Origin: Leucoraja erinacea
Lineage: Eukaryota
Length of the DNA stretch: 64,000 nt
Assembly (NCBI RefSeq): GCF_028641065.1
Contig: NC_073384.1
Span: forward strand, 33,604,001-33,668,000
Direction of reading: 5' to 3'
Shown: piece after piece, positions 1 to 12,701 of the stretch
Position numbering within the stretch: the first letter of the stretch is position 1
Layout: every line of letters begins with the position of its first letter
Translations under genes and position numbers: made by a program
Notes under the pieces: generated by a model
The model's database searches: none
Seen by the model: only the letters and a program-made list of their open reading frames with translations
What the model was told of the DNA's origin: nothing

Positions 1-204
1 TGTTTGCTCCATCACAGACCATCGATCATGTTGTCATCCCACTGGACTGCGATTAAACTATTCACTACTGAGACAAGCGTCAACAAGGCTCTAGCACTCT
101 TTTTCTTAACTCTGCCTCAATCAGTTATTCTATTATTGCACTTTAGTATTTGTTACGCTACTTTGCTCTTTGGCACTCATAGTATTCATTGTTGTATTTA
201 TCAT

Positions 205-510
205 TTGGCAGCACAGTGGCACAGCGGTATGGCACCAGAGATCCGGCTTCACTCTTGACTATGGGTGCTGTTTGTAAAGAGTTTGTACGTTTTCCCTGTG
301 ACCGCGTGGGTTTTCTCTGGGTGCTCTGGTTTCCTCCCACATTCTAAAGATGTAAAGATGTACAGGTTTATAGGTTAATTGGTTTTGTTGAGTTTGAATT
401 AAAATATTTGTCCCTAGTGTGTATAGATTAGTGTACGGGGTTATTTCTGCTTGACACGGACTCGGTGGGCCGAAAGGCCTGGTTTTGTACTGTATCTCTC
501 AAGTGAAGTA
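205..510 (+). mobile_element. tRNA-derived V-SINE (HE1-like); other copies at about 1010-1295(+), 6090-6390(-), 23805-24120(+), 35715-35950(+), 36325-36550(+), 44770-45050(-)
   Basis: GGCACAGTGGCACAGCGGTA head followed by the V-domain GTGACCGCGTGGGTTT...GGTTTCCTCCCACA. Confidence 0.75.
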
Positions 511-2579
511 ACTAATGTTAATCATTGCTGTGTGTATACTGTTTAGTCCAGGTACTTCATGAGAACAAGGGAATTTTATTGCACCATGACAATAAATTCA
601 TCTGAAACTGATTCTATTTGCATCAGAGATGTGGCCTATACACAGTACAAACTAAAGGCACTGTAAAAATACCATCAGTACTGTCTTCTCAAAATCATTC
701 AAAGTTACCGTAGGAACAACCAACCAATATCTGTGTCCTCTCCTGGACCAATATCCCCAGAACTGAAGCCCTTGGTAAATTCATTCATTTCCACATCATC
801 TGAAGGAAGGTCCCTGCCCGAATCGCCGCTAATCCATGTTCTCTAAAGATGCTGTTTGATCTGCTGAGTTACTCCAGCACTTTGTGTTTTTTTTTGCTCA
901 TGATTCCAGCATCATCAATTCCCTGTCATCATTCTTCCCAATGCCATTTTCATACTGCCATTCCTTAATGCATTTAATTTTCAGCGACTTTACTTCTATA
1001 TTAATTCAGGAGCACAACAGTAGAGTTGCTGCCTTACAGTGCCAGGAACCATGTTCAATCCTGACTATGGGCGCTGTCTGTATGGAGTACGTACGTTCTA
1101 CCTATGACCGCATGGGTTTTCTCCGGGTACTCCAGTTTCCTCCCACACTCCAAAGACACACAGATTTGTAGGTTAATTGGCCTTGATATATTGTCCCTAG
1201 TGTGTAGGATTAGAACTAGTATACAGGTGATCGCTGGTCAACATGGACTAGATGGGCTGAAGGGCTGTTTCTACTCTGTACCTCTAAACTAAACTCAAGA
1301 GATCCAAAGCCCATTTTGAGGAAGTTAAAGGTTGCTATATTTGAGCAAGGTTTTTCATTGTTTGTAAAACATTAAAAAAAACAGAAAGACAAATGGTCTA
1401 CAGTACTGAAAATATACATATTGAACAAAGTATTTAAGATAACTCTAGATTATAAAATAAATTAGTACTGCTTTATAAAGCAGGTCAATGTAACTATCTA
1501 CTATAACAATTGTTTACAGTTTGTTAAAAGGACCACAATTACTTAACCCTGAGCAACCTTTAAAGATAGCCACAATTTAAACTCTTATTGCATGGACTTA
1601 CAATCTTTGGTTCACTTTGTATGTTGAGGCATGCAGAAAGAAGCAATATGGGAAAATACATGAACAATAGGTTGATGCAATAAACATAAAACAAAAGCAC
1701 ACTTCGACTGCTTAAAGGTTTTGAGAAAGAAAATCGTGAAAGTTACAAAGCATCACTTCCACCGCCCACCCTCACGTTGTATTGGAAAAGCAGCCAACAT
1801 AATCAAGGACTTGTGTCATACTTCTCTCAGAAGATACAGAAGCTTAAAAGCGCGCATCAGCAGACTCAGGAACAGTTTCTTCCCATCTATAAATCAGGCT
1901 TCTGAACGGTCCTTCCATAAGTTTGGGGACTGTCCGATTCACCTCTACCTCACTGCGGGCATTGGCCTTTGACTCTGGAACTGGCGCACTACAATGCTGA
2001 GAACTATTTTCTGCACTCTGCACCTTCCCCTATTGTACTTGCGTTTGACTTGATTGTATTGATGTATACTGTTATCCGATCTGAATGGATAGCATGCAAA
2101 ACAAAGCTTTTCAACCTAGACCCACCATGAACATACCATCCTCAGTGAATTTTACTGAAGTACAGCAAGCGTAGCATGGACTGAACTACACGTGCAACTC
2201 TCCAGAAGCAACCTGAGCAGTCTTGTGGTCGGGCCAGGCCGGCAGAGACCAGCAGCAAAACTCCCCCTTGACACTGACAGCTACGCGTTAAAACCTACTA
2301 CAAAGCCTTAACGACAAATTCATTTTTGTTTCTGGGGGATCTGGTTTTCTCCCACATTCCAAAAACTATGGTGGCTTGCAGGTTAATAGGCTTCTGTAAA
2401 TTGTCCCTATGGTCGGATAGAATCAAGTCAAACTCAAGGACAATAGATAGAACAAAGGGGAAGATAGAGAGTGACTGAATTCAATGGCTTGCAAACCCTC
2501 TGAGCCAACTTTACATGATGCACACAGAAGGATAAAGAGCCAATATCAAAGCAGATAAGTGAGAGATGGTATCAGCAGG

Positions 2580-3200
2580 TTAGGTTCCAGGCGTACACTG
2601 GCCCTGTCCCCGAACTCTATGTCTGTTACATTGATGACTGCATCAGTGCAACCTCCTGCACCCATGCAGAAAACATTTACTTCATCCACTTCACCACAAT
2701 TTTCACAGATTTACTTGGACCATCTCCGGCACCTCCCTCCCCTTTCGTGATCTCACAGTCCCCATCACAGGAAACAGACTATTGACTGACGTCTATTAGA
2801 AACCCATTGACTCCCACAACTATCTCGAGTACACTTCTTCCCATCCTTTGCTTCGTGCAAAGACTCTATCCCCTACTCCCAATTCCTCTGTCTACACCGC
2901 ATTTGCACCCAAGATTAGGTGTTACATACCATGACATCCGAGATGTCCTCATTCTTGAGGGAACGGGAGTTCTCCTCGCCCATCATAGATGAGGCCCTCA
3001 CTTGTGTCTCCTCGATACGCCGCAGCTGCACCCCTGGTCCCCCTCCCCCAGTGGCAACAGAGGCAGTCCCCCTAGTGTTACCTTCCAACCCATCAGGCGT
3101 TGCATATAACACATAATCCTCCGAAATTTCCGATACCTCCAGTGGGATCCCACCACTAGCCACATTTTCCCATGTCCACCCCTTTCTGCCTTCCGTGAGA
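2580..3200 (+). mobile_element. Penelope-like retroelement RT C-terminal fragment
   Basis: Decayed YIDD, TDVY, TSEMSSFLRER segments, similar to the copies at 43.3-43.8 kb and 61 kb. Confidence 0.75.
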
Positions 3201-3527
3201 ATATACTAGGTATGTAAAGAATAGTAGAATTGTTATATTGATCTTTGTACTGAAATGCCAGAGGACTTTACTGTGTACCAACCGAGGACTTAAGTGTTAT
3301 CATCAAAAATGATAAAAGGAGGGAATGAGAATATACTAGGTATGTAAGGAATAGTAGAATAAATTGGACTGAAGTTTTATAAAGCAGCAACATGATTTCC
3401 TGACTTTTATACTCAATGTCCCAACAGATGAAGGCAAGCCTATCATACACCTTCTTTACCACTATCTACTATGTTGCCAATTTTAGGGAATTATGGACTT
3501 GGACCCAAAGATCCCTCTGTACATTAA

Positions 3528-5678
3528 TGGCTAGTTTTCACGGAGCGACTTGAAGCAAGATGTAGCCAGAGTGGAGTGGTCGTGGTCTAGCACGATATCA
3601 CACGATATAACGGAGGTAGAGTAAAGAGATCCCACGGTACTCGGCAATTCTGTCATTTGTACGAGTGACTTGTCCGTCTCCCGATCTTTCCTGTTAATCG
3701 TGAATGAACATCATGGACTGTAGTGTAGTTAATCACGTGGCACAAATTATGTTACTTTGTTGTCACACACTATATCCGTTTTTTTCACCCGAGCTCTTTA
3801 ATGAGCTGAACAATAATCTGTATTTTTTTAGACAAATGTTGTTTGGTGTGATGCACCTTCTCTCAATATGTGCAAGAAGTCGTCTTTTTATTTTGTCAAA
3901 TATGAATAAACACTGTATCTCACATTGACCGTGATGATTGTGTTATTTTATGATCTACTGAGAGGTGAAACTTTCAGTCTGAAGAAGGCTCTCGACCCGA
4001 AACGCCACCCGTTCCTTCTCTCCAGAGATGCTGCCTGTCCCACTGAGTTGCTCCAAGCAACTGGTGTCTATCTTCAAAGGACTGACCAGGACTGCCTCTC
4101 TCTCTTTCTCTCTCTCTCTCCCCCTCCCTCTCTCACACAGGCATGAATGGATGAACTCCGCGGGCCAGGCAGCATCTACGGAGGGAAATGGACAGGCGAC
4201 CCATTCTTCAGGCTGCCTTATGTCTCTCCCCCCCCCCCCCCCCCCCTCACCCCAACTCCCACCCACACACACGAATGCTGGAGAAACTCAGCGGGTGCAG
4301 CAGGGCCGAAACGTTGTCTATTTCCTTCGTTCCATAGATGCTGCTGCACCCGCGGAGTTTCTCCAGCATTCGCGTGTGTGGGTGGGAGTTGGGGGGGGAG
4401 AGAGACATAAGGCAGCCTGAAGAATGGGTCGCCTGTCCATTTCCCTCCGTAAATGCTGCCTGGCCCGCGGAGTTCCTCCATTCATGCCTGTGTGAGAGGG
4501 AGGGAGGGAGAGAGAGAGAGAGAGAGAGAGAGACACACACAAGGTGGATGCGAAATCTCACCTGCCTGTTTCAGTGACAGACACCCACCGCCAGTAAATG
4601 AAGACACCCCCATCTGTCTCCCCCTCCTCTCCCTCGACTCCCCCACCTTTCCCTCCCAACTCCAGTCCCGTCCCGACCCCCTGGGAAACTGAAGGTTTCC
4701 CGCTGTAATTAAAGAGTTCCCACGGTAGACTGTAAAACTGGGACCCTGGTTCTGGACTCCCCCAACATCGGGAACATTCTTCCTCCATCTAGCCTGTTCA
4801 ATCCCGTAGATACGATTAGACAGGTATCTAGTTATTTAATTCAATTAATGATTTCTATCGCCCAGCCTCTCATCTTTCAATCGGGTTCGGCCAGGAAGGA
4901 ACTGCAGATGCTGGATTAAAACGAAGATAGACACAACATGTAGCTCAGCGGGACAAGCAGCATATCAGAAGGATCTCGACCCGAAATGTCACCCATTCCT
5001 TCTCCCCAAAGATGCTGCCTGCCGTCGAGTTACTCATTCTCTTTAAACCGGCATCTGCTGTTCCTTCCGACACATACACAAGAAAGAAGCAACTTTTCGG
5101 GCCGAAACGTTGCCTATTTCCTTCGTCCCATAGATGCTGCTGCACCCGCTGAGTTTCTCCAGCATTTGTGTGTGTGGGTGGGAGTTGGGGGGGGTAGAGA
5201 GATAAGGCAGCCCGAGGAAAGGCTCGCCTGTCAATTTCCCTCCGTAGATGCTGCCTGGCCCGCGGAGTTCCTCCAGTTAGAAACTGTTTTCAGACAAAAA
5301 GAGACACACTGACATTAATGAATTGCTTGTTAGCTAGTTTTATTAGATTTGTATGTAAATAGCAAACTGGCTGGATTCACTCTATCCAACTTCCGGGTTC
5401 ACCGTTCGCAGGAGTTCCCATGGTGACCGCAAGAGTTACTACGGATATCGCACTGGCCACTACGTTCATAAAATGTTGCAATGCTCAACCACAAGTGCAC
5501 AAGTCACTCTTGGACAAATTCAAACATGTTTGAATTTTCTCCCGAGTACCCAAGTTACACGATTACCTGCCGTTAGCGCCACGGTGGTCCACGAATGCCG
5601 TACTGTTACCGCACGAGGTTCCCACGATGTTAAACTCTGGTTACCTCTTCGGTCAAGTCGTCCCGTGAAAAGGGGGTT
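3528..5678. mobile_element. Non-autonomous PIF/Harbinger-like DNA element with nested Penelope-derived repeats
   Basis: Imperfect TIRs (TTTTCACGGAGCGACTTGAAGCAAGATGTAGCCAGAGT vs reverse complement TTTTCACGGGACGACTTGACCGAAGAGGTAACCAGAGT); TAA on both flanks (3525-3527, 5679-5681). Confidence 0.6.
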
Positions 5679-5792
5679 TAAAGCTGTTTCATCATATGTA
5701 CCTATCCACATCATTTCCACAGTTGATTAGAACCGATTCAAATCGAGCAACAACCGATATTAGAGAAAGATTTTGACAAGAGAGTCACCTAC

Positions 5793-5878
5793 TTTAGAAA
5801 GTCAGTCTCCCTCAGGATTCGATTGGCTTGTATACTGCTGGGCGTCTTTTTAGGATGTAAAACCAGGGAATCTGACAG
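5793..5878 (-). CDS. DZANK1: DZANK1 coding exon 6 (LSDSLVLHPKKTPSSIQANRILRETDFLK)
   Basis: AG/GT bounded, phase 0 to 2; matches the recalled DZANK1 segment MRIQRETDFLK. The next (zinc-ribbon) exon was not found and probably lies left of the window. Confidence 0.85.
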
Positions 5879-6586
5879 CTGATGAACACAAAAAAGTTAT
5901 ACATGGGAAGATATAGGTATTCTTCCACTTCAAACACAAAATGTTTTTAGTTTAATTTAAGTTTATTATTGTCACGTGTACCGAGGTACAGTGAAAAGCT
6001 TGTTTTGCATGCTATCCAATCAGATACTATACATAATTAGATGATACATTAAGCACTACTGATGTGACAACAATTAATTGATTGATTAACACAGCAGAGA
6101 AACAGGCCCTTCAGCCCATCGATTCCACACTGACCATTGATCACCTGTTCACACTATCCCACTTTTGCATCCACTCCCTACACACTATGGGGAATTTACA
6201 GAGGGCCAATTAACCTACAAACTCGCACGTCTTTAGGATGTGGGAGGAAATTGGAGCACCCAGAGGAAACCCTTGCGGTGACAGGAAGAACGTGCAGACT
6301 CCACACAAACAGCACCCAAAGTCTGGATTGAACCTGGGTCTCTGGTGCTGCGAGGCAGCAGCTCTACCAGCTGTGCCACTGTGCTGCCCTTGATGAATAG
6401 TATCTGAATGAAAAGCCCAATGAACATTAAATGGTGATTGATCTTAAGGCTGTAGACTAGTTGATAGCTAGGAGTCAAGAACATAAACTACTCAATTCTT
6501 TTGTCAATGCATCCAGTAATATTGCTGCTCATAAGTCAGTTCGAAGGATCTTTATCAGTAAGGTAATGACTTGTCTCTCTATTTAC

Positions 6587-6699
6587 CTGAGATGGGTGTG
6601 ACTGCGGTTCATGTCCAGTGGCCAGGATTCCTAGTCGGCTGCTTAGGAATCGTGGGCTCTTCAATGATTTGCGAGGATTGCTGCCATCTATCTTCAGGT
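6587..6699 (-). CDS. DZANK1: DZANK1 coding exon 5 (DLKIDGSNPRKSLKSPRFLSSRLG...HPSQ)
   Basis: ttactAG acceptor and CAG|GTAAAT donor; 113 nt, phase 1 to 0, open frame; resembles DZANK1 PKTLKDLRFSESPL...QSQ. Confidence 0.75.
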
Positions 6700-7360
6700 C
6701 TAGTAATAAAGTTACAATGAATACGTGATCACAGCTCCCATCTATAACTGATTTGGAGAATCAATATGACATTTTTATGTTCTAGTTGAGTGTTATGTTG
6801 GTACTTTTTCAGTCTCCAATGTCTACTACAAACTTCAACAGATACACCATTGAAAGCATACTGTCGGGTTGCATCATAGCTTGGTTTGGGAACAGCTCTG
6901 CCCAAAACCGCAAGAAATTGCAGAGAGTTGTTGATGTGGCCCAGTCCCTCACAGGTCTGTGATGGAAAGGTACATAAGCTTGAAAGTGCTCACCACTAGA
7001 CTCAGGAACAGTTTCATCCCATCTGTTAACAGACTTCTGAACAGTCTGTCCATAAGCTAGATTCACCTTTACCCCATTGAGGACATTGGTCTTTGTTTAG
7101 GGAACTGTTACACTATAATGCTGAGAACTATATTCTGCACTCAGTATCTTTCCCTTCACTCTACCTATTGTACTTGAGTTTGGGTTTATTAAATTAAGGG
7201 TTGAAAGCAAACTCAATGCAAGTATTTATTTCCAGAGGGCATATACAAAAACAGGGATGTAATGCTGAGGCTCAATAAGACGCTGGTATGCCCGCATTTA
7301 GAATGTTGTGAGCAATTTTAGGCACCATATCCGAGGAAGAATATGTCCATCTCTGGAGAG

Positions 7361-9200
7361 CTTACATGTGCCGTCAGGGTAGGCACTGCCTATCCTGACT
7401 AAAATTATAAAATGGTAATTATTAAATATAAATAGTAAAGGCACGGGCGAATTATGGCTCCCTAAGAGATCGATCTCTTGGGTCGGCATAATTCTCCGCG
7501 CCTTTCATGCGCAGTACATGTAATACGCAAAAGTATGTGCAGCTTGCGTGCCGTCAACGCTGCTTCAAACCTTCACGACAAGTGGAGCTGAAATTCTGCC
7601 TTTGCACCGTGGACTGCGTACTGCACATGTGCAGCAGCTTACTGCGCATGCGCAGCGCAAGTTTCTTGGCGGGTTTTTCAAACATGGATTGCCATTATCT
7701 TAAGAGTATCTTAAGAAACAAAGAGAGAAGAATGGAGTTTGTGTACAAATAATGTGGTAAGTAGATTTCTTTGAGCTATATGTTTTTAAATACCATATTT
7801 CCTGGCAATCAAGACGCTATTTTTTACCTTACAAATAAGGCACGAAAATTTACCTGCGTCTTGGAGGCCGATCGTTAGGTTGTTGTTAGCCAAGAAAGAT
7901 AGACTTGGCTATCCCTCAGTACAGCAACATCGTTCTTGATATTGCTGTACTGAGGGATAGCCAAGTACATCCCTCATTGCTGGCAGCTGATGGGAAGCGG
8001 CTGTAAAAGGGCAAAAAGACATATCCGCTGGGGGTGGGGGGGGAGAGTTCCTTTCACAGCATGTGGGAAGTCTGGCCAGGGGTAAAGTTGTGGGGAGGGC
8101 AGGAGCATTGAGAAGGAGGGGTTCGGGGATCATGCCAGCAACCAGCTCAAGAGAGGGTCAGTGGCCGATGGATAACAGGACAGCAGGTGGTGGAGCTTAC
8201 TCCTATGTCAGTGCGAGTAACCTCAATTGGTCCCGTGTTCGCGCTGACACAGGAGTAAGCTCCACCGCCCGTTGTCCTGTTACATAGCTCGCAGACCCGT
8301 TCCGCTCTATGGTCTTTGCTCTTGAGCTGGTCCCCTCAATGGCCGCTCTGCATTAAAAGACATGGACAAGGCAGTGAATGCCATGCAGTGTCACCCAGCA
8401 CAGCGAATGAGGCCATGTCCTCCTCCCAGCGGCAGTCGGAATTTAAGGATTTGCGGGAAGCGGCTGACATGAGCGAGGCCGGCGAGCGGCAGGAGAGAGG
8501 TGTTCAGACTGAGAGCACTGCCAGAGGTGAGCGGGCCGGGAGAAAGTGCTGAGGTTCCAGTGGCCGTTCGCAGCCACCCGAGCTACTTCCCTCCACAGCC
8601 ACATTGCAGTGGCTCCGCGCCCAGAGCGCAGCGGCAGGAGTGAGTGAGTGAGTTACTGGCATGTTCCCTGATCCCCTCCTACTCAACGCTCCTGCCCTCC
8701 CCGCAACTTTACCCCTGGCCAGACTCTCCGCTGTGAAAGGAACTCTCCCCCCAATTGGTCCCTTGAACTAGTATTGTCATTTAATAAGATCACAACTGAT
8801 TCAACTTGTCCCAGTGTGCTCCCGTATTTCCCACCATCTTTCCACCTGCCAACACACTCCACCCCCCACCCATTCAGTAATTCAGAATGAAGGAGACTTG
8901 GAAGCTTTGGGCAAATTGAATTGTCACTTTATTTATTTATTTATTTTTAGTGTGAGAAAATTCAATGTCTTGCCAGGCTTCTTTCAAAATCTAGCAACTC
9001 AAAATGGGGGTGCGTCTTCGACGCAGGTGCGTCTTCATTGCTGGGAAATACGGTACTTTATTAAGAGATATGGCTTTTGAAGACTTTATAAAAGTCGACT
9101 GACAGCTTACGGAGAGGAGAACAATCTGTGCATGCGCGGTTAAGATTTTTTAAAAGCCGACTGACTGCCTACCCCGAGTAATACTCACGACATGTGCCTG
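7361..9200. mobile_element. hAT-like non-autonomous element inserted into a CR1 LINE
   Basis: Perfect 8-bp TSD CTGGAGAG (7353-7360, 9201-9208); CR1 sequence resumes across the insertion; degenerate TIRs. Confidence 0.7.
7793..9053. mobile_element. Tc2/pogo-type MITE nested in the hAT-like element
   Basis: TA|CCATATTTCCTGGCAATCAAGACGC ... GCGTCTTCATTGCTGGGAAATACGG|TA. Confidence 0.75.
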
Positions 9201-9700
9201 CTGGAGAGGGTCTAGAGGAGGTTTACAAGAATTATCCCAGGTATGAGTAGGATAATCTATGATGAGCGTTTGTCGGCCCTAGGCCTGTACTCGCTGGAGT
9301 TTAGAAGAATGAGGGGGGACCTCATTGAAATATACAGAATATTGAAAGGCTTGGATAGAGTGGATGTGGAGAGGATGTTTCCACTAGTGGGCGAGTCTTG
9401 GACTAGAGGTCTTAGCCTTAGAATTAAAGGACGTTCTTTTAGGAAGGAGATGAGGAGAAGTTTCTTTAGTCAGAGGGCGATGAATCTGTGGAATTCTTTG
9501 CCACAGAAGGTTGTAGAGGCCAAGTCAGTGGATATTTTTAAGGCAGAGAGAGAGAGATTAGTACAAGTGTCAGAGGTTATGGGGAGAAGGCAGGAGAATG
9601 GGGTTAGGAGACCAGCCATCAGAGTAGACGATGGCAATGGCCTAATTCCTCCTATCACTTATACATTATTTTATCACAGCTTACTCTTATGACTGGCCTC
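9201..9700 (+). mobile_element. CR1 LINE 3' fragment; others at about 10800-11040, 27200-27730, 30160-30600, 34890-35700, 47290-47650, 51070-52360
   Basis: LYSLEFRRMRGDLIE...SRTRGHSL...FFSQRVVNLWNSLP motifs. Confidence 0.85.
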
Positions 9701-10109
9701 GGTATATAGAAAAATAGAAAATAGGTTTTTCGGCACCTCGAGTCTTAATGGCTGATGACATTAACGCGTCCCCTTCTCCCAATATCTTAATTCCACTGTG
9801 GCCCCACTGGTTCTGGACTTGGCCCCAATATCTGAGAACAATTTAAATTCACAACTCTCTGGGAGAAAAAGTTGTCTCAGTCAGTCTTTGACCTCCCCTA
9901 ATTTTATAAGTTGGTTCTATATGGAGAACATCCATCTAGCTTGTCATCCCTTTTATAATTTTATAAGTTTCTATAGATCCATCCTCATCCTTCTAAACTC
10001 CATTGAATACAAGCCTAGTCTTTTCAATCTTTCCTCAAATGACAGACCCGCCATCTCAGGGATCAATCTTGTGAACCTAAGCTGCACTGCCTCAATCACA
10101 AGATGTCCT

Positions 10110-10800
10110 TTCTTGTATGTAGCTAGCTGTCCAGTATATAGCCATCTAGCTAGCTATCTAGTTATACAGGATGCAGCCATCTAGCCTGCTCAATTGTGAT
10201 TATGTTTTGTCTTTCTGCTAACTGGTTAGCACACTACTAAAGTTGTTGCTTTTGCTCATATTGTATTGCTCCTTTACATGTGCTCTCCCCTAAATCTACA
10301 TTTACAGCCTTCCCTACTGCACATTTTAAAGGTGCCCTCCCTTAATTCACTATTTACAGGTGCCCTCCCCTAATTCACTATTTATAGGTGCCCACCTAAT
10401 TCACCATTTAAAGGTGCCCTCCCCTAATTCACTATTTACAGGTGCCCTTCCCTAATTCACTATTTATAGGTGCCCTCCTAATTCACCATTTAAAGGTGTC
10501 CTCCCCTAAATCCCACACATGCCCTCCTCTAAATCCGCCCTATTTCTAGGCACTCCCCTATATGTAGCCATCTAGTTAGCTATCCAGTATGCAACTCGCT
10601 ATCAAGTATGTAGCCATCTAGCTAACAATCTAGCTATCCAGCATATAGCTCATAGCTAGCGACCCAGCTATCCAGTAGCTATCTGTCTAGCTATCCAGTA
10701 CGTAGCTCAGTCTAGCGAGCTATCTAGCCATCCAATACATAGCTGTCCAGCTAACTACTTAGGTATCCAGTATATAGACATCTAGCTAGCTATCTAGCTA
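10110..10800. repeat. Degenerate tandem repeats: about 28-bp GGTGCCCTCCCCTAATTCACTATTTACA units (10280-10560) flanked by TAGCTATCCAG/TAGCCATCTAGC units
   Basis: Directly visible periodicity. Confidence 0.75.
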
Positions 10801-11546
10801 GAAACATAGAAAATAGGCGCAGGAGGCGGCCATTCGGCCCTTCATCAAATTAGGAGACCAAAACTGTACACAATACTCTAGATGTGGTCTCACCAGAGCC
10901 CTATACAACTGCAGAAGAACCTCGTTACTCCTATACTGAAATCCGCTTGTTATGAAGGCCAACATTCCATTAGCTTTCTTCACTGCCAGCTGTACATGTA
11001 AGCCAACTTTCAGTGACTGGTGTACAAGGACACCCATATTGTCACGTATACGTGACAATAATAAATGCAAACCTAAATTATAATTTCTACCAGGAAAAGT
11101 GATGGTTTCTTAGAACATAGTAAAGCACAGGGACAAAATATGTGCCAAACATGATGCCTAGTTGGATTGATCTCATCTGCCTGCACATGATCCATATACC
11201 TCTATTCTTCCCCAAGGGATCTTCCTTTATCCCCAGGGTGAAAATATTAAAGACAAGAAGACATAGCTTTAAGGTGACAGATGCGAAGTTTAAAGGAGAT
11301 GTTCAGGGCAGGTTTTTAAAAAAAGAGGGTGCTGTGTACTTGGAACGGGCTGCATGGGGTGGTGGTGGAGGCAGATACGATAGTGCCGTTTTATTTTCAA
11401 TGTTTGGACTAGGCTGCATTGGGGATTGGGGGAATGTGAACTGCTGGTTCATGGGAAGGTGGTGTGATGACAAGCTTTCTAGTTAATGCCAACCAATTAT
11501 AAACCAAACTAAAATAGTAAACCAACCAATTCTCCAGACTACCTAC

Positions 11547-11646
11547 CTTGATATGTATGAGCTGCATCCTCCCAGGCAAGGCTGCTCCCCTTGTTTGGAG
11601 CTGAATCACATTCCAGTGGGGGAGCTGACAGCCTCTCCAGAGTTTC
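11547..11646 (-). CDS. DZANK1: DZANK1 coding exon 4 (ETLERLSAPPLECDSAPNKGSSLAWEDAAHTYQ)
   Basis: ctgtAG acceptor and AAG|GTAGGT donor; 100 nt, phase 0 to 1, which bridges exons 3 and 5 exactly; low sequence conservation. Confidence 0.65.
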
Positions 11647-12165
11647 CTACAGTGGCAAGATGATTTGTCACAGAAAGCAGTCATTGTGCATGGTAACATT
11701 CAGCATGTATAGCTAACATTCAGTATGTCACCAAATACTATCTTGAACTTCTATTGGGGGACAGTAGAGAACATATCGACTGGTTACATCATGGCATGGT
11801 TCAGCAACTTGAACGCCCAGGAATGAAGACGACTGGTAAAAGTGGTGAACACTGGCCAGTGCATCATGGGTACTGACCTCACCAACATCGAAAAGATCTA
11901 CAGGAGTCACTGTCTCAGAAAGGCAGCCCGCATCATCAGACACCCACATCACCCTGGCCACATTCACATCTCACTCCTGCCATTGGGAAGAAGGTGCAGG
12001 AGCCTGAAAACTGTAACATCCAGTTTCAGGGACTGTTTCTTCCCTACAACCATCAGGTTATTAAACACTACAAACGCCAAATAGGCTCCGAACTACATAG
12101 AATTGAGAGCATTGATTTTGACTTTGCACTATTATTGCTTGTTTATTTTGTCTATTTTATCTACA

Positions 12166-12701
12166 CTAGACTAAGTGGGACCCATTGTGTCCCGGTCACA
12201 CGGGAGGCCTGGTCCCTCAACAATTCCCCGAAGCAATATTCCGCCACTCACCCGGGGGGGTGAAAGTGGGGAGGGGGAAGGAGGGGTGTGGGGCTCACAG
12301 TCTGCTCACCCCGCACCTTCAGCTTCGGCTTAATGCGGCAGATCCCGGTCCCTCTCCGGCTTCACTCAGAGGCTTCCGGTTCAACTCAGGAGCGTGCTGG
12401 TCGCCGCAGAAGCAGCCCGCGAGCCGCTGACTCCCCGCGAGTCGCTCAACTAACTGCGCCCCTTCAGCTTTTTATTCTCCTCGCCGCGTTATTGACAGCG
12501 GGTTCCGGTAGGGATGATTTTTAAACCTTCAAAACTTTTGTACTATTTCACCGATCGGAAAAAACTTATTTGACTTGCAGCAGAGGAGAATGGTGAGTAA
12601 GGTGTCGAAAAATCGTAGCGCTATGAGGGATCGTTTTTGCGCAAATTAATTACAACGCAGACCGGAATTGGTCAAGATGAGAGTTTTAGTAATAGTATAG
12701 A
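12166..12701 (-). mobile_element. Non-autonomous Helitron
   Basis: Minus strand A|TCTATACTATTACTAAAACTCTC ... imperfect GGGAC hairpin ... CTAG|T; interrupts a LINE 3' tail. Confidence 0.75.

Noticed and set aside
205-280. tRNA genes at SINE heads
   Set aside because: Degenerate and followed by the V-SINE body; no cloverleaf.
3196-3360. 34-bp direct repeat GAGAATATACTAGGTATGTAA(A/G)GAATAGTAGAAT; also short tandem duplications at 53004-53032 and 53283-53323
   Set aside because: Real, but most simply local repair or slippage duplications with no functional signal.
10280-10560. CRISPR-like 28-bp repeats
   Set aside because: Contiguous tandem units without unique spacers, in vertebrate DNA.
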